The notes beneath the pieces were generated by a model, which saw only the letters and a program-made list of their open reading frames with translations, made no database searches and was not told the origin of the DNA. Source: Gammaproteobacteria bacterium (GTDB lineage: Bacteria > Pseudomonadota > Gammaproteobacteria > Steroidobacterales > JACDCP01). From it: a DNA stretch of 64,000 bases. The stretch is from positions 10,263 to 74,262 of the forward strand of contig JBOIDB010000094.1 in assembly GCA_050740235.1 (NCBI GenBank). The letters are read 5' to 3'. A program made the position numbers and the translations under genes. Shown piece by piece: positions 53,084-63,611 of this stretch (within the stretch, counting starts at the first letter, position 1; the number at the start of each line of letters is the position of its first letter).

Positions 53084-55484
53084 GATACGGCAGGTTCTGA
53101 GCCAGCTGCAGCAGAGCCTGGGCTTCACGGTACTGGCCGTCGCGATCCTTGCCCTTGGGCTCGGCGCGACCGTGTACATGTTCACCGCCGTCAAGGCTTA
53201 CATGCTGAGCCCGCTGCCGTTTCCGGATGCGGGGCGCATCATGCACATCGAGCGCGCCAATCCGCTGCACGGCTTCGACAGCATGGAAGCCACCCAGCAC
53301 GACTTCGTCGAATGGCGGCAGGTGCAGACGTCCTTTGACCAAATCGCCGCGTTCTATTACGGCACGATAAACATTTCGGACGGCGATCTGCCGGAACGAT
53401 TCGAGGGCGCATTCATCACGCCATCCGGCTTCGACGTCATCCAGGCGAAGGCGCATATCGGCCGCACGCTGCAGCCGGCGGACGCCGAGCCCGGGGCGGC
53501 GCCGGTGGTCGTGCTGGGCTACGACGCATGGTTGAACCGCTACAACGGCGACGCTGCGGTTCTCGGCAAGGATATTCGGGTCAATGGCATACCGACGACG
53601 ATCGTCGGCGTCATGCCGGCAGGCTTTCAGTTCCCGCTCATCCAGGATGTCTGGGCGCCCCTGCGGATCGACCTCTCGAAGTTCCGTCGCGGCGAGGGCA
53701 CTACCGTCGAAGTGTTCGGCCGCCTCAAAGCGGGGGTGACGCCGGAGCAGGCCCGCGCGGAGTTCTCGAACATTGCGGCGGCGCTCGCCGATCGGCACCG
53801 CGAGAACGAGAACATCACCACCGTCATCAAGCCGTTCCAGCACGAATACATTCCCGACGAAGCGCGAACGGTCATTTCAGCGATGTTTGTCGCTGTCCTG
53901 TTTGTGCTGCTGATCGCCTGCGCGAACGTCGCCAATCTCATACTCGCGCGAACGGCCGCGCGACAGAAGGACATCGCCCTGCGTGCGGTGCTGGGCGCAA
54001 GCAGGGGACGGATTTTCGTGCACGTGCTCACCGAAAGCGTCGTGCTGGCGTCGCTCGGGGCAATTATCGGCTGGTTTCTTGCCGACGCAGGCAATGAGTT
54101 GACCGATCGCGCGTTTGTCGCGGCCGGCATTCAGGAGCCGTTCTGGATCGACCCCAGTCTCGACTGGCGGGTGATGCTGTTCGCGGCCGGTGCTGCAGTT
54201 TTCGCCGGCGTGATCGCGGGGCTGGCGCCGGCCTGGCGCGCCACCCGAGCGAACGTGAACGAGTACTTGAAGGAGGGCGCGAAAGGCAGCGGCGTATCTG
54301 CTTCCAGGCTGAGCCGGACCCTGGTGACCGCGGAAATTGCGCTGTCGTGCATCCTGCTGGTGAGCTCCGGCCTGCTGATTCGCAGCATCGTGAACATGCA
54401 CGAGCGGCCGCTCGGCATCGAGAACACCGACCTCTTGACCGGTCGGATCGGCTTGCCGGAATCGAGATACCCGGATCCGGCGTCCCAATATGCGTTCTTC
54501 GAACAGTTGACCGAGCGGCTGGAGGCGACGCCCGGTGTGCGGGGAGCGACGGTCGGTTATTCCTATCCGGGCATCGACGCCTATGTGATGCCCTACCGCA
54601 CGCGCGGCATGGAGGTGCCGGAAACCGGGCAGCTCCCATGGACGAACTACGCCGGGGTGATGAACAACTACGCCGAAGTGCTGGACATCGACCTGTTGCA
54701 AGGCCGTTGGTTCGACTCGCGCGACGGTGCCGCGAGCCCGCCCGTCGTCGTGATCGGCGAACGATTCGCGCGGCAAGCCTTTCCGGACTCGGATCCCATC
54801 GGCCAGCAGGTCATGATCGGCAATCCGGACAGCGACGACACGCGCTGGCATACAGTCATCGGCGTCAGCGAAGAAGTCGTACTGGATCAGCGATCCGATC
54901 CGGAACACCCGTCGGCGTTCGTGCCCCTGGCGCAGGTCCCCCAGCGATTCCTCACTGTCGCCGTGCACACCGAAGGCGACCCTATGGCATTCGGCCAGAC
55001 GTTGCGCGAAGTCGTGCGTGCCGTGGATAAGGACATTCCCGTTTACTGGGTCCGCACGCTCGAGGATTGGATCTGGGCCGGCAGCTTCACCTCGCGCATC
55101 ATTTCCATCCTGTTCAGCATATTCGCGATCATCGCAGTCGTCCTGGCGGCCGCGGGAATCTACGGCGTGCTCGCGTATTCGGTCAGCCAGCGCACGCGCG
55201 AGTTCGGCGTGCGCCGCGCGATGGGCGCCCAGGATGGCGGGATCCTAGGCATGGTCCTCCGCCAGGGCTTGCTGCAGCTCGCCATCGGTCTGGGGGTCGG
55301 CCTGTTGTGCGCGGTCGGTTTCGCCAGACTGCTTTCCAGCATGCTGCGCGGCGTCTCGCCCTCCGATCCGGTCACCTTGATGCTGGTGGCACTGACCTTG
55401 TTCACCGTAGCCCTGGTCGCCTCGCTGCTGCCGGCGCTGCGCGCCACGCGTGTCAACCCGATGGAAGCCCTGCGCTACGAGTGA
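53064..55484 (+). CDS. Duplicated FtsX/MacB-type ABC permease (ADOP-like), copy 1
   Basis: At 806 aa, the N-terminus is IWHEIRQVLSQLQQSLGFTVLAVAILALGLGA and the C-terminus is LRATRVNPMEALRYE. There are two FtsX-like TM bundles, each after a large extracytoplasmic region. Confidence 0.85.
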   Translation: MSSIWHEIRQVLSQLQQSLGFTVLAVAILALGLGATVYMFTAVKAYMLSPLPFPDAGRIMHIERANPLHGFDSMEATQHDFVEWRQVQTSFDQIAAFYYGTINISDGDLPERFEGAFITPSGFDVIQAKAHIGRTLQPADAEPGAAPVVVLGYDAWLNRYNGDAAVLGKDIRVNGIPTTIVGVMPAGFQFPLIQDVWAPLRIDLSKFRRGEGTTVEVFGRLKAGVTPEQARAEFSNIAAALADRHRENENITTVIKPFQHEYIPDEARTVISAMFVAVLFVLLIACANVANLILARTAARQKDIALRAVLGASRGRIFVHVLTESVVLASLGAIIGWFLADAGNELTDRAFVAAGIQEPFWIDPSLDWRVMLFAAGAAVFAGVIAGLAPAWRATRANVNEYLKEGAKGSGVSASRLSRTLVTAEIALSCILLVSSGLLIRSIVNMHERPLGIENTDLLTGRIGLPESRYPDPASQYAFFEQLTERLEATPGVRGATVGYSYPGIDAYVMPYRTRGMEVPETGQLPWTNYAGVMNNYAEVLDIDLLQGRWFDSRDGAASPPVVVIGERFARQAFPDSDPIGQQVMIGNPDSDDTRWHTVIGVSEEVVLDQRSDPEHPSAFVPLAQVPQRFLTVAVHTEGDPMAFGQTLREVVRAVDKDIPVYWVRTLEDWIWAGSFTSRIISILFSIFAIIAVVLAAAGIYGVLAYSVSQRTREFGVRRAMGAQDGGILGMVLRQGLLQLAIGLGVGLLCAVGFARLLSSMLRGVSPSDPVTLMLVALTLFTVALVASLLPALRATRVNPMEALRYE

Positions 55485-55494
55485 GGATGCAAGA

Positions 55495-57879
55495 ATGACA
55501 TCGTTCTCGACCGAGCTTCGTCAGGCCGCGCGCCGCCTCGCCGGCAGCCCTGCGAGCAGCCTCGGCGTGTTCTTCACGCTGACACTGGGGCTCGCCTTGA
55601 GCGTGTGCATGTACACGGTGCTGAACGGCGTCCTGCTGCACAGCCTGCCTTATCCCGGCGGCGACAGGGTCGTCGAGATCTCGAGCGTAAATGCTTTGGA
55701 AGGAGGCAGCGGCGACCTTACGGCGGCGGAAGCCTTCGGCCTCGAACGCGTCGCCGCTTTCGAACATGTCGGCTGGTACGCGTGGGGCGGTGAGACCGTC
55801 CTCTCCGGTGAGCGGCCGCGCGAAATCACCATGCATCACGTGAGCGCCGGCTACTTTCCGGCACTCGGCGTGCGGCCGCAGCTCGGCCGCTGGATCAATG
55901 CGGACGACGTTGGGCCGGCGCGTAAGGCCGCCATGCTCAGCGATATCGAATGGGAACGCTTGACGAACCGGGATCCCGACATCGTCGGCAAGTCGTTGCG
56001 ACTGGGCGACGAAACGGTAACCGTCGTCGGCGTCATGCCGCCGGAAGTCGATGTCGGTGTCGGGCTCTGGCGTGCGGCCAATCCGGTATTCTATTCGCAC
56101 GATCCCGTCTCATTCGTCAACGGACGGTACATGAGCGGGATCGGCCGGCTTGCGGAAGGTGTGGATGCCTCCAGCATCGCGGCCGAGCTGGACGCCCTTT
56201 CCGCGGAGATCCGCGCCGATCATGGTCTGGCGGATATCGGCTGGCGACTGAAGGCTACGAGTCTGCTCGACCTGATGGTCGGCGACGTGCGCGGCGCTCT
56301 GGCCGGCGTGTTTGTCGTTTCGCTGGTCGTGCTCGCCATTGCCTGCGCGAACGTCGGCAGCCTGCTTGCGGCGCGGCTCGTCTCGCGCGAGCGCGAGCTC
56401 GCCATCGTTCAGGCGCTGGGCGCAACCTCGCTGCGCGTGTGGCGCGGCCTGCTGTTCGAATTGCTTCTGCTGGCGCTCGGCGCAACGGCAACGGCGCTTC
56501 TGGTTCTGATGGCGGGCCTGGAAGTGTTCCGTTCGATGGCGGCCGGCATTCTGCCGCGAGCGGACGAAATCGGGCTCGACCCCGTCGTGCTGGCGTTCGC
56601 CGGCGGGCTGGCCTTGCTGTGTCCACTGTTGATCGCAGTGCCGTTCGGACTGCGACTGCGAAAGCGCATGGCGGTCAATCTGCAAGCCGGCGGCAAGGGC
56701 ACGGGCACCGTGTCGCGCGGCGCATTGCGCGCGCTGCCGGTCGCCGGGCTCGCGCTCGCCACGGCGGCGCTGATCGCAGGCGCCGCCGTTGCGCTCAGTC
56801 TCGATCGGCTGAGTGCCGTCGATCCCGGATTCCGCACGGAAGACGTTTACGCGGTGCAAATGTTCAAAGGCGGCAAACCGGACGAAATACGCCGTTTTGC
56901 GAGCCTGGTGCTGGCGCGGATCGAGCGCGAACCCGATGTCGAGAGCGCTGCCATCACGACCGCGCCGCCGCTGTCGGCCATCGGCGGCTTCAAGGTCGAC
57001 GTGCAGGTGGCCGGACGCGAACCGCTCGAAGCCACGCATGCCGGACTGCGGCGCGTGACGCCGGCGTATCTCGAGTTGCTGTCGCAACCGCTGTTGACGG
57101 GCCGCGGATTCCAGACGACGGACGATGCGACGGCGCCAAAGGTCGCTCTCGTGAACGAGACGTTCGCGCGCCGGGTGTTCGACGGCGTCGACATTCTCGG
57201 CCGCGAGATCGCATTGCCGATGACCCACGGGCCGCGTGTGCAGTTTCGCATCGTTGGCGTCGTTGCGGATATTCGCAACGCAGGCCTGCGCAGCCCGGCG
57301 GATCCTGAGGTGCTCATTCCCTACGTGCAAGCGCCACAGCCGGGCATGACATTCCTTGCGCATGCGCCGCGCGCGGGCGCCGGCCTGCTGGAGCGCATGC
57401 AGGAAGCGATCTGGGCGGTCGAGCCGGAGGAGGGGATCACGCACGTCTTTCGCATGGACGATGAACTCGACGCCGAGCTCGCCCAGGTCGTCTTCTTCAC
57501 TCGCGTGTTGGGCGGTTTCGCGGTGCTGGCAGTGTTGCTCGCCGCGTTCGGCACTTACTCGGTGGTCGCGCTCCTGCAGCGCAGCCGCACGACGGAGATC
57601 GGCGTCCGGCTGGCCCTGGGTGCGCGACCGCTGAACGTCGCGCGCCGCGTGCTGGGGCAGGGTGTGCTGTTTGCCCTGATCGCCGGCGCAACCGGCTCGG
57701 TTGCCGCGCTCGCGGTCCTGCGCCTGCTCGGCAGCCAGTTGTTCGGTGTCGGCGCCGCGAGCCCGCTTCCCTATCTGATCGGCTTCGGCGGCGCGGCGCT
57801 CACTGCGCTGCTCGCATCTTCCGCACCCGCCTGGCGGGCCGCGCGCGTGCAACCCATGGCTGCGCTTCGTTATGAGTAG
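55495..57879 (+). CDS. Duplicated FtsX/MacB-type ABC permease (ADOP-like), copy 2
   Basis: At 794 aa, it has the same N-terminal logic (TELRQAARRLAGSP) and ends in RAARVQPMAALRYE. Confidence 0.85.
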   Translation: MTSFSTELRQAARRLAGSPASSLGVFFTLTLGLALSVCMYTVLNGVLLHSLPYPGGDRVVEISSVNALEGGSGDLTAAEAFGLERVAAFEHVGWYAWGGETVLSGERPREITMHHVSAGYFPALGVRPQLGRWINADDVGPARKAAMLSDIEWERLTNRDPDIVGKSLRLGDETVTVVGVMPPEVDVGVGLWRAANPVFYSHDPVSFVNGRYMSGIGRLAEGVDASSIAAELDALSAEIRADHGLADIGWRLKATSLLDLMVGDVRGALAGVFVVSLVVLAIACANVGSLLAARLVSRERELAIVQALGATSLRVWRGLLFELLLLALGATATALLVLMAGLEVFRSMAAGILPRADEIGLDPVVLAFAGGLALLCPLLIAVPFGLRLRKRMAVNLQAGGKGTGTVSRGALRALPVAGLALATAALIAGAAVALSLDRLSAVDPGFRTEDVYAVQMFKGGKPDEIRRFASLVLARIEREPDVESAAITTAPPLSAIGGFKVDVQVAGREPLEATHAGLRRVTPAYLELLSQPLLTGRGFQTTDDATAPKVALVNETFARRVFDGVDILGREIALPMTHGPRVQFRIVGVVADIRNAGLRSPADPEVLIPYVQAPQPGMTFLAHAPRAGAGLLERMQEAIWAVEPEEGITHVFRMDDELDAELAQVVFFTRVLGGFAVLAVLLAAFGTYSVVALLQRSRTTEIGVRLALGARPLNVARRVLGQGVLFALIAGATGSVAALAVLRLLGSQLFGVGAASPLPYLIGFGGAALTALLASSAPAWRAARVQPMAALRYE

Positions 57880-57909
57880 CGACGAGAGGAATACGATGGA
57901 ACCCCAGCC

Positions 57910-57972
57910 ATGACCACGTTGCTCGCCGACTCCCGATGCGCCGCCCGAATGCTGCTGACGAGCCCCGTATGA
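57910..57972 (+). other. 20-codon mini-ORF that aligns without gaps to the permease-family N-terminus; its stop overlaps the permease 3 ATG
   Basis: MTTLLADSRCAARMLLTSPV compared with permease 4 MNNVWLDFRYAARSLLKSPG gives 9 of 20 identities with no gaps. It is preceded by a 5-codon ORF (57896-57913) whose stop overlaps its ATG. Confidence 0.35.
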
Positions 57973-60365
57973 CGCCGTTACTGCTGGAGATCCGTCAATC
58001 CGCGCGCCGGCTCGTTGCGAGTCCCGCTTACAGCGCCGGCGTATTTCTCACGCTGACGCTCGGCGTCGGCGCGGCAGCGGCGGTATTTGCCCTGATCGAC
58101 GGCGTGCTGCTGAGCGGCTTGCCGTTTCCCGAAGCCGAGCGGCTGGTGGTGATCCGGCAGCAAAACGCCGAGAACGAATGGAATACGTCGGTCGTCGATT
58201 TCCAGGCGGTCGCGAGTCAGAACCGGAGTTTTGAGGCGGTCGCGGCCATGCAGTCCATGGACGTGATCCTGACCGGCGGCGAGCAGTCGCAATGGGTGAG
58301 TGCTCGCTGGGTCACGGCTGATTTCTTCAACGTGATGGGCGTGATGCCGACACTCGGGCGGGGATTTCGTCCCGGCGAAGACCGGCCGGGCGCAGCGCCT
58401 GTCGTCGTACTGGGCCATGCGTTCGCCGAGCGACATTTCGGCGAAGGGGTCGATGCGGTCGGCCGGACGCTCACACTGGACGGCATCGCCTATACGGTCG
58501 TGGGCGTCATGCCGTCCGGCATCAATGAGCTGCCCGTCATGCGCGCCGACGTCTGGCCCGCGATGCAACTTGCAGAGCCGGAACGGCGCGGGCCTTTCCT
58601 TCTGAACACCGTGGCGCGCCTGAAGCCCGGCGTGAGCCTTGCGCGGGCGACGGATGATCTGGCGGCGATCAGCCGGCGAATTTTCCCGCAATGGCAGGCG
58701 GAATTTCAGGACGAGACCGCGCGTCTCACGCCCAAGTCGCTGCATTCGGCCATCGTCGGCAATGCGGGCGATTTCCTGTGGATTGCCTTCGGCGCAGTGT
58801 TCGTCGTGCTGCTGATTGCCGTTGCAAATATCGCGAACCTGGTGCTGATGCGCGTCACGGAGCGCGCGCAGGACCTTGCCGTGCGCGCCGCTCTGGGCGC
58901 GAGCCGCAAACGCCTCGCGCGTCTCCTGATGACCGAGAGTCTTCTGCTGGCGGTGGCGGGCGGCATCGCCGGAATCGGGCTGGCGGCGCTGCTGCTCGAG
59001 CTGTATCGCGCCTTCGGACCCGAGTTGCCGCGTCTGGCGGAAGTGGCGATCGATTCGAGGGTGGCAGGCTTCGCCGCAGTCGTCGTGCTGCTCAGCGGAA
59101 TTTTCTTCGGCACGATCCCGCTGCTGTTCGACACTGTCGGCAAGAGCAATCCGGCGTTGCATCAGGTGCGGGCCGGAGCCGGCAGGGGGCAGCACCTGTT
59201 CCGCAGCGGATTGGTGGCCCTGGAGTTCGCTCTCGCGCTGCCGCTGTTGATTGCAGCCGGCCTGCTGATCAACAGCCTCGTGCAGTTGCAGCGCGTCGAT
59301 CCCGGATTTGAAGCCGATCACGTGCTGACGGCGCGCGTGCGACTGCTGGAGTCGAATTATCCCGACGACGAAGCCCGCATGCGATTCTGGGAGCGGGTGT
59401 TGCCGGACTTGCACAGCATTCCGGGCGTATCGGCCGTGGGCCTCGCGACCGGTGTTCCGCCCGACAGTCCCGGCACGTACAACAATTTCGACATAGTCGG
59501 CCGCCCTGACGCGCAGGGCAAACAGCCGATGTCGCCCTGGACGCCTGCAACACCGGGTTATTTGGACGCGTTGGGACTGCGCCTGCTGGACGGCCGCTGG
59601 TTCGACACGCGCGACACTCCCGACTCGACTCCGGTCGTTGTGGTCAGCGCGGCGTGGGCAAAACGCTATTTTCCCGGCGAATCAGCGATCGGCAAACAAT
59701 TGTACGAGGGCGGCGATACTTCGGAACCCGTCACCGTCATCGGCGTCGTCAGCGACGTGAAGTTCGACGGGCTCGGGAATCCGGGCGAAAGCGTCTATGC
59801 GGCCATCAATCAGGGGTGGTCGAATAATCCGATCTACCTGTACCTGCACACCGGACCGGAACCGCTGGCGCTGGTCGAACCGCTGCGGGCGAAGCTCCGG
59901 CAAATCGATCCCGCGCTGGTGCCGGCCGAAGTCACCACCTTGCAGAGCCGCCTGCGCGATTCGCTGAGCGACCAGCGCCATTGGGCCGTGGTCATCGCCG
60001 GATTTGCGCTTTCGGCCGTGCTTCTGTCGGCGGTGGGCGTGTTCGGCGTGCTGGGCTACTACGTGTCCCGCCAGTACCGGGAAATCGGCATCCGCCTGGC
60101 TCTGGGCGCGGACGCCCCGCGAATCCTGCGCCTGGTGATACGACGCGGCTTTGGCTCCGCACTGGCCGGTACCCTGGCCGGCATCGTACTCGCGATGTTC
60201 CTGACACGCGGTCTCGAGACCCTGCTGTTCGACGTGACACGAATGGACCCTCTCACTCTGATCGGAGCCTGCGGTCTGCTGCTCGGCATCGCGCTCGCCG
60301 CCTGCTGGCTCCCGGCACGGCGCGCTGCCCGGGTCGATCCGACAATCGCGCTGCGTTACGAATAG
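57969..60365 (+). CDS. Duplicated FtsX/MacB-type ABC permease (ADOP-like), copy 3
   Basis: At 798 aa, the N-terminus is LLLEIRQSARRLVASPAYS and the C-terminus is RAARVDPTIALRYE. Confidence 0.85.
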   Translation: MTPLLLEIRQSARRLVASPAYSAGVFLTLTLGVGAAAAVFALIDGVLLSGLPFPEAERLVVIRQQNAENEWNTSVVDFQAVASQNRSFEAVAAMQSMDVILTGGEQSQWVSARWVTADFFNVMGVMPTLGRGFRPGEDRPGAAPVVVLGHAFAERHFGEGVDAVGRTLTLDGIAYTVVGVMPSGINELPVMRADVWPAMQLAEPERRGPFLLNTVARLKPGVSLARATDDLAAISRRIFPQWQAEFQDETARLTPKSLHSAIVGNAGDFLWIAFGAVFVVLLIAVANIANLVLMRVTERAQDLAVRAALGASRKRLARLLMTESLLLAVAGGIAGIGLAALLLELYRAFGPELPRLAEVAIDSRVAGFAAVVVLLSGIFFGTIPLLFDTVGKSNPALHQVRAGAGRGQHLFRSGLVALEFALALPLLIAAGLLINSLVQLQRVDPGFEADHVLTARVRLLESNYPDDEARMRFWERVLPDLHSIPGVSAVGLATGVPPDSPGTYNNFDIVGRPDAQGKQPMSPWTPATPGYLDALGLRLLDGRWFDTRDTPDSTPVVVVSAAWAKRYFPGESAIGKQLYEGGDTSEPVTVIGVVSDVKFDGLGNPGESVYAAINQGWSNNPIYLYLHTGPEPLALVEPLRAKLRQIDPALVPAEVTTLQSRLRDSLSDQRHWAVVIAGFALSAVLLSAVGVFGVLGYYVSRQYREIGIRLALGADAPRILRLVIRRGFGSALAGTLAGIVLAMFLTRGLETLLFDVTRMDPLTLIGACGLLLGIALAACWLPARRAARVDPTIALRYE

Positions 60366-60386
60366 TTGAAAGAGAAGGCGACTGCC

Positions 60387-62870
60387 ATGAACAATGTCTG
60401 GCTCGATTTCCGATACGCTGCACGCTCGCTGCTCAAAAGCCCCGGCTTCACGACCGTGGCAGTGATCACGCTGGCGCTCGGCATCGGCGCAAATACAGCG
60501 ATCTTCTCCGTGGTCGACGGTGTGCTGCTCCGGCCCGCGCCATTCGAGGACATCGAACGGTTCATGATGGTCTGGGAGACGGACCGGAACAGCGGGACGA
60601 GGCGCGAGCCCGTTTCGTTGCCGGATTACAACGATTTCAAAGAGCGGAGCGAAACGTTCGACACGCTCGCCGGATTCGCCGCCGGCACCGTTACTCTGAC
60701 CGGCGCGGCCGGTGACCCGATGCAGCTTGCCATTGTTGCCTCTACGGCCGAGTTTCTGCCGATGGTCGGCGTCGAGCCGATTCTGGGCCGCAGGTTTACG
60801 GCACAGGAAAGCCAGCCGGGAGGCCACCGAGTAGTCCTGATTTCTGCGGGGCTGTGGGACCGGGTATACGCGCGCAGTCCGGAGGTGCTCGGCCGAACGA
60901 TACGGCTGGATGGCGGAGAACGCACGATCATCGGCGTCGTAGCGGACAACGCCGACTTCGGCATCGCCCAGGTGCTGAACTCCGCCGCTTTCGGGACGAA
61001 CGTTGCAGATGGCGGCCGCCGTCCCGAGGTGGCGATCTGGTCGCCTTTGCAGGCGAGCGTCGAAGAGTGGCCGCGCAGCCGACATCCGATGTTCGCTCTC
61101 GGCCGGCTCGCACCCGGCATGAGCGCAGTTGCCGCGCAACAGGAAATGTCGGGTATCGCCGCAGACCTGGAGGGCGCCTATGCTGAGAATGACGGACGCG
61201 GTGTCAATGTCGAGCCGCTGACCGACGTTGTCTTCAGCGGCGTGCGGCCGGCGTTGCTCTTGCTGGTGGCCGCCGTCGGGCTCGTTCTGCTGATCGCTTC
61301 CGCGAACGTGGCGAACCTCCTGCTGGCGCGGGCTGCCAATCGCACGCGCGAAGTGGCGGTCCGCACATCGCTCGGCGCCGGCGGCCGGCGGCTCGCCCGG
61401 CAGTTTCTGGTCGAAGGTGTATTGCTCGCGCTGCTCGGTGGCGCGGCCGGCCTCGGACTTGCGGTCGTGGGGACGAATGTCCTGCTGGCGCTGGCGCCGG
61501 CCGACATTCCGCAGCTGGAGGCGGTGGGCATCGACGGTCGCGTCCTCGCAGTCACGCTGGTGGTGTCTCTCGTCGTCGGAGTCGTCTTCGGTCTCGTCCC
61601 GACGTTGAACACGCGAGGCGTGGACGTCCAGAGCGCATTGCGATCGGAACCGGGCGCGGCCGGCCGCGGCGGGCAACGACGCGGTCTGTTGCAATCCGGC
61701 CTGGTGGTGGCCGAGCTCGCCCTGGCGGTCGTGCTGGTGGTCGGAGCCGCTTTGTTGTTGAACAGCTTCTGGAGGATCCTGCAGATCGACTCCGGCTTTC
61801 GCGCCGAGGGTGTGCTCAAGGCGGAGTTCGCGCTGCCGGAAAGCCGCTATCCCGCAGAGTTTTCCGACTGGCCCGATTTTGCAGAGATGCACCGGTTCAA
61901 TGCCGCGCTGCTGGAACGCGTGAATGTGCTGCCGGGCGTTCAATCGTCCGCGCTCGCCGTCGGCCATCCGATGGATCGCGGCTCGACCAACTCGTTCGTG
62001 ATCGTCGGCCGCGAGTCGGAATCAGCCGCCCTGCCGGAGATCTCGAATCGATTCGTGACGCCGGGCTATTTCGAAACCGTCGGCGTCGAGCTTCGGATCG
62101 GCAGGATGTTCGAAGCCGGCGATGACACCCAGGCTCCGGCAGTCGCTGTGATCAACGAGGCCGCTGCAGGACTGCTGTTTCCGGGTGGCAACGCGCTCGG
62201 ACAGCGCATCGCGTTCTGGGGCACCGAACGGCGCATCGTGGGCGTCGTCGCGAACGAGAAATTTCACGGCTTGACCGCCGAGGCGCCGATCGCAGTCTAT
62301 ACGCCGCTGGCGCAAACGCCGTCGATGGGCGGCGGCGAAGTGTTGCTCGTGCGGAGCAGCGGCGAATTGGAAACGCTGGCGGCACCCATACGGGCAGCAA
62401 TCCAGGCTATCGACCCGGAACTCGCGGTATACGGTGTCGAACCGCTGCGCGAGACCGTCGGCCGAAGCATCGCGCAGCAGCGCTTTACCATGCTGCTTCT
62501 CGGCGTCTTCGCCGCGGTCGCGATCGCGCTCGCGGTCATCGGCATCCACGGCGTGTTGAGCTATCTCGTCGCCCGGCGCACGCCGGAGATGGGCATTCGC
62601 ATGGCCCTCGGCGCGAGCCGCGGAAGCGTGCTTGGCCTCGTCGCCGGGCAGGGCGCGCGCCTCGCGGTCATCGGGCTCGTGCTGGGCCTCGCCGGCGCGC
62701 TCGCGGCGACGCAGTTGCTCCGGAGTCTGCTTTACGGGGTGACGACCACCGACCCGGTCACGTTCGCGGCTGTCGCGGTCGCCGTTTTCGCGGTAGCCAT
62801 GCTGGCCACGCTCGAACCCGCGCGGCGCGCGACCCGCATCGAGCCGATCGACGCGCTCCGCCACGACTAG
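60387..62870 (+). CDS. Duplicated FtsX/MacB-type ABC permease (ADOP-like), copy 4
   Basis: At 827 aa, the N-terminus is VWLDFRYAARSLLKSPGFTTVAVITLALGIGANTAIFSVV and the C-terminus is RATRIEPIDALRHD. Confidence 0.85.
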   Translation: MNNVWLDFRYAARSLLKSPGFTTVAVITLALGIGANTAIFSVVDGVLLRPAPFEDIERFMMVWETDRNSGTRREPVSLPDYNDFKERSETFDTLAGFAAGTVTLTGAAGDPMQLAIVASTAEFLPMVGVEPILGRRFTAQESQPGGHRVVLISAGLWDRVYARSPEVLGRTIRLDGGERTIIGVVADNADFGIAQVLNSAAFGTNVADGGRRPEVAIWSPLQASVEEWPRSRHPMFALGRLAPGMSAVAAQQEMSGIAADLEGAYAENDGRGVNVEPLTDVVFSGVRPALLLLVAAVGLVLLIASANVANLLLARAANRTREVAVRTSLGAGGRRLARQFLVEGVLLALLGGAAGLGLAVVGTNVLLALAPADIPQLEAVGIDGRVLAVTLVVSLVVGVVFGLVPTLNTRGVDVQSALRSEPGAAGRGGQRRGLLQSGLVVAELALAVVLVVGAALLLNSFWRILQIDSGFRAEGVLKAEFALPESRYPAEFSDWPDFAEMHRFNAALLERVNVLPGVQSSALAVGHPMDRGSTNSFVIVGRESESAALPEISNRFVTPGYFETVGVELRIGRMFEAGDDTQAPAVAVINEAAAGLLFPGGNALGQRIAFWGTERRIVGVVANEKFHGLTAEAPIAVYTPLAQTPSMGGGEVLLVRSSGELETLAAPIRAAIQAIDPELAVYGVEPLRETVGRSIAQQRFTMLLLGVFAAVAIALAVIGIHGVLSYLVARRTPEMGIRMALGASRGSVLGLVAGQGARLAVIGLVLGLAGALAATQLLRSLLYGVTTTDPVTFAAVAVAVFAVAMLATLEPARRATRIEPIDALRHD

Positions 62871-62897
62871 AAAATCGCAATAGAAAGCGAAAAGAAA

Positions 62898-63569
62898 ATG
62901 GTTGCACTGATTCAGACGGAAAATATCGAGAAATCAGTGCCGCAGGGCGAAAACCGGCTCTATCTGCTGCGGCTGATATCGCTAGACATACCCGAAGGCG
63001 ACTTCGTGACCTTCATGGGCCCGTCGGGCGCGGGTAAGAGCACGCTGTTGTCGATTCTCGGCCTGCTGGATTCCGACTGGAAGGGCGAATACCACCTGGC
63101 GGGAAACGCGGTACACACGCTGCCGCACAGGAAACGCCAGGCGCTCGCGCGCGAACGCATCGGCTTCATTTTCCAGCACTATCATCTGCTGGACGACATG
63201 ACAGTCTACGAGAATCTGGAACTGCCGCTGACCTATCGGAATATGAAGACCGCCGAACGACAATCGCGTGTCGCCGACATCCTCGATCGCTTCAGTATCG
63301 TCGGCAAGAAGGATTTGTATCCTCGGCAATTGTCGGGCGGCCAGCAGCAGCTCGTCGCAGTCGGCCGCGCGGTCATCACCCAGCCGAGCCTGGTGCTCGC
63401 TGACGAGCCTACCGGCGCGCTGCATTCGAGCCAGGGCAGGATGATCATGGAACTCCTCAAGGAGCTGAACGCCGAAGGCACGACGATCATGCAGGTCACG
63501 CACAACGAAGACAATGCCGCGTATGGTAGTCGCACGCTGCAACTGTTCGACGGCTGGTTGTCCGCGTAA
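62898..63569 (+). CDS. Stand-alone ABC ATPase, MacB/LolD-type (ATPase 2)
   Basis: GPSGAGKST, LSGGQQQLVAVGRAV, VLADEPTGALH. The 5' end and upstream spacer are AT-rich. Confidence 0.9.
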   Translation: MVALIQTENIEKSVPQGENRLYLLRLISLDIPEGDFVTFMGPSGAGKSTLLSILGLLDSDWKGEYHLAGNAVHTLPHRKRQALARERIGFIFQHYHLLDDMTVYENLELPLTYRNMKTAERQSRVADILDRFSIVGKKDLYPRQLSGGQQQLVAVGRAVITQPSLVLADEPTGALHSSQGRMIMELLKELNAEGTTIMQVTHNEDNAAYGSRTLQLFDGWLSA

Positions 63570-63611
63570 ACTGGTCTTCAAACCCGACTGCCTCCATCGC
63601 CGGCTGGAAAG

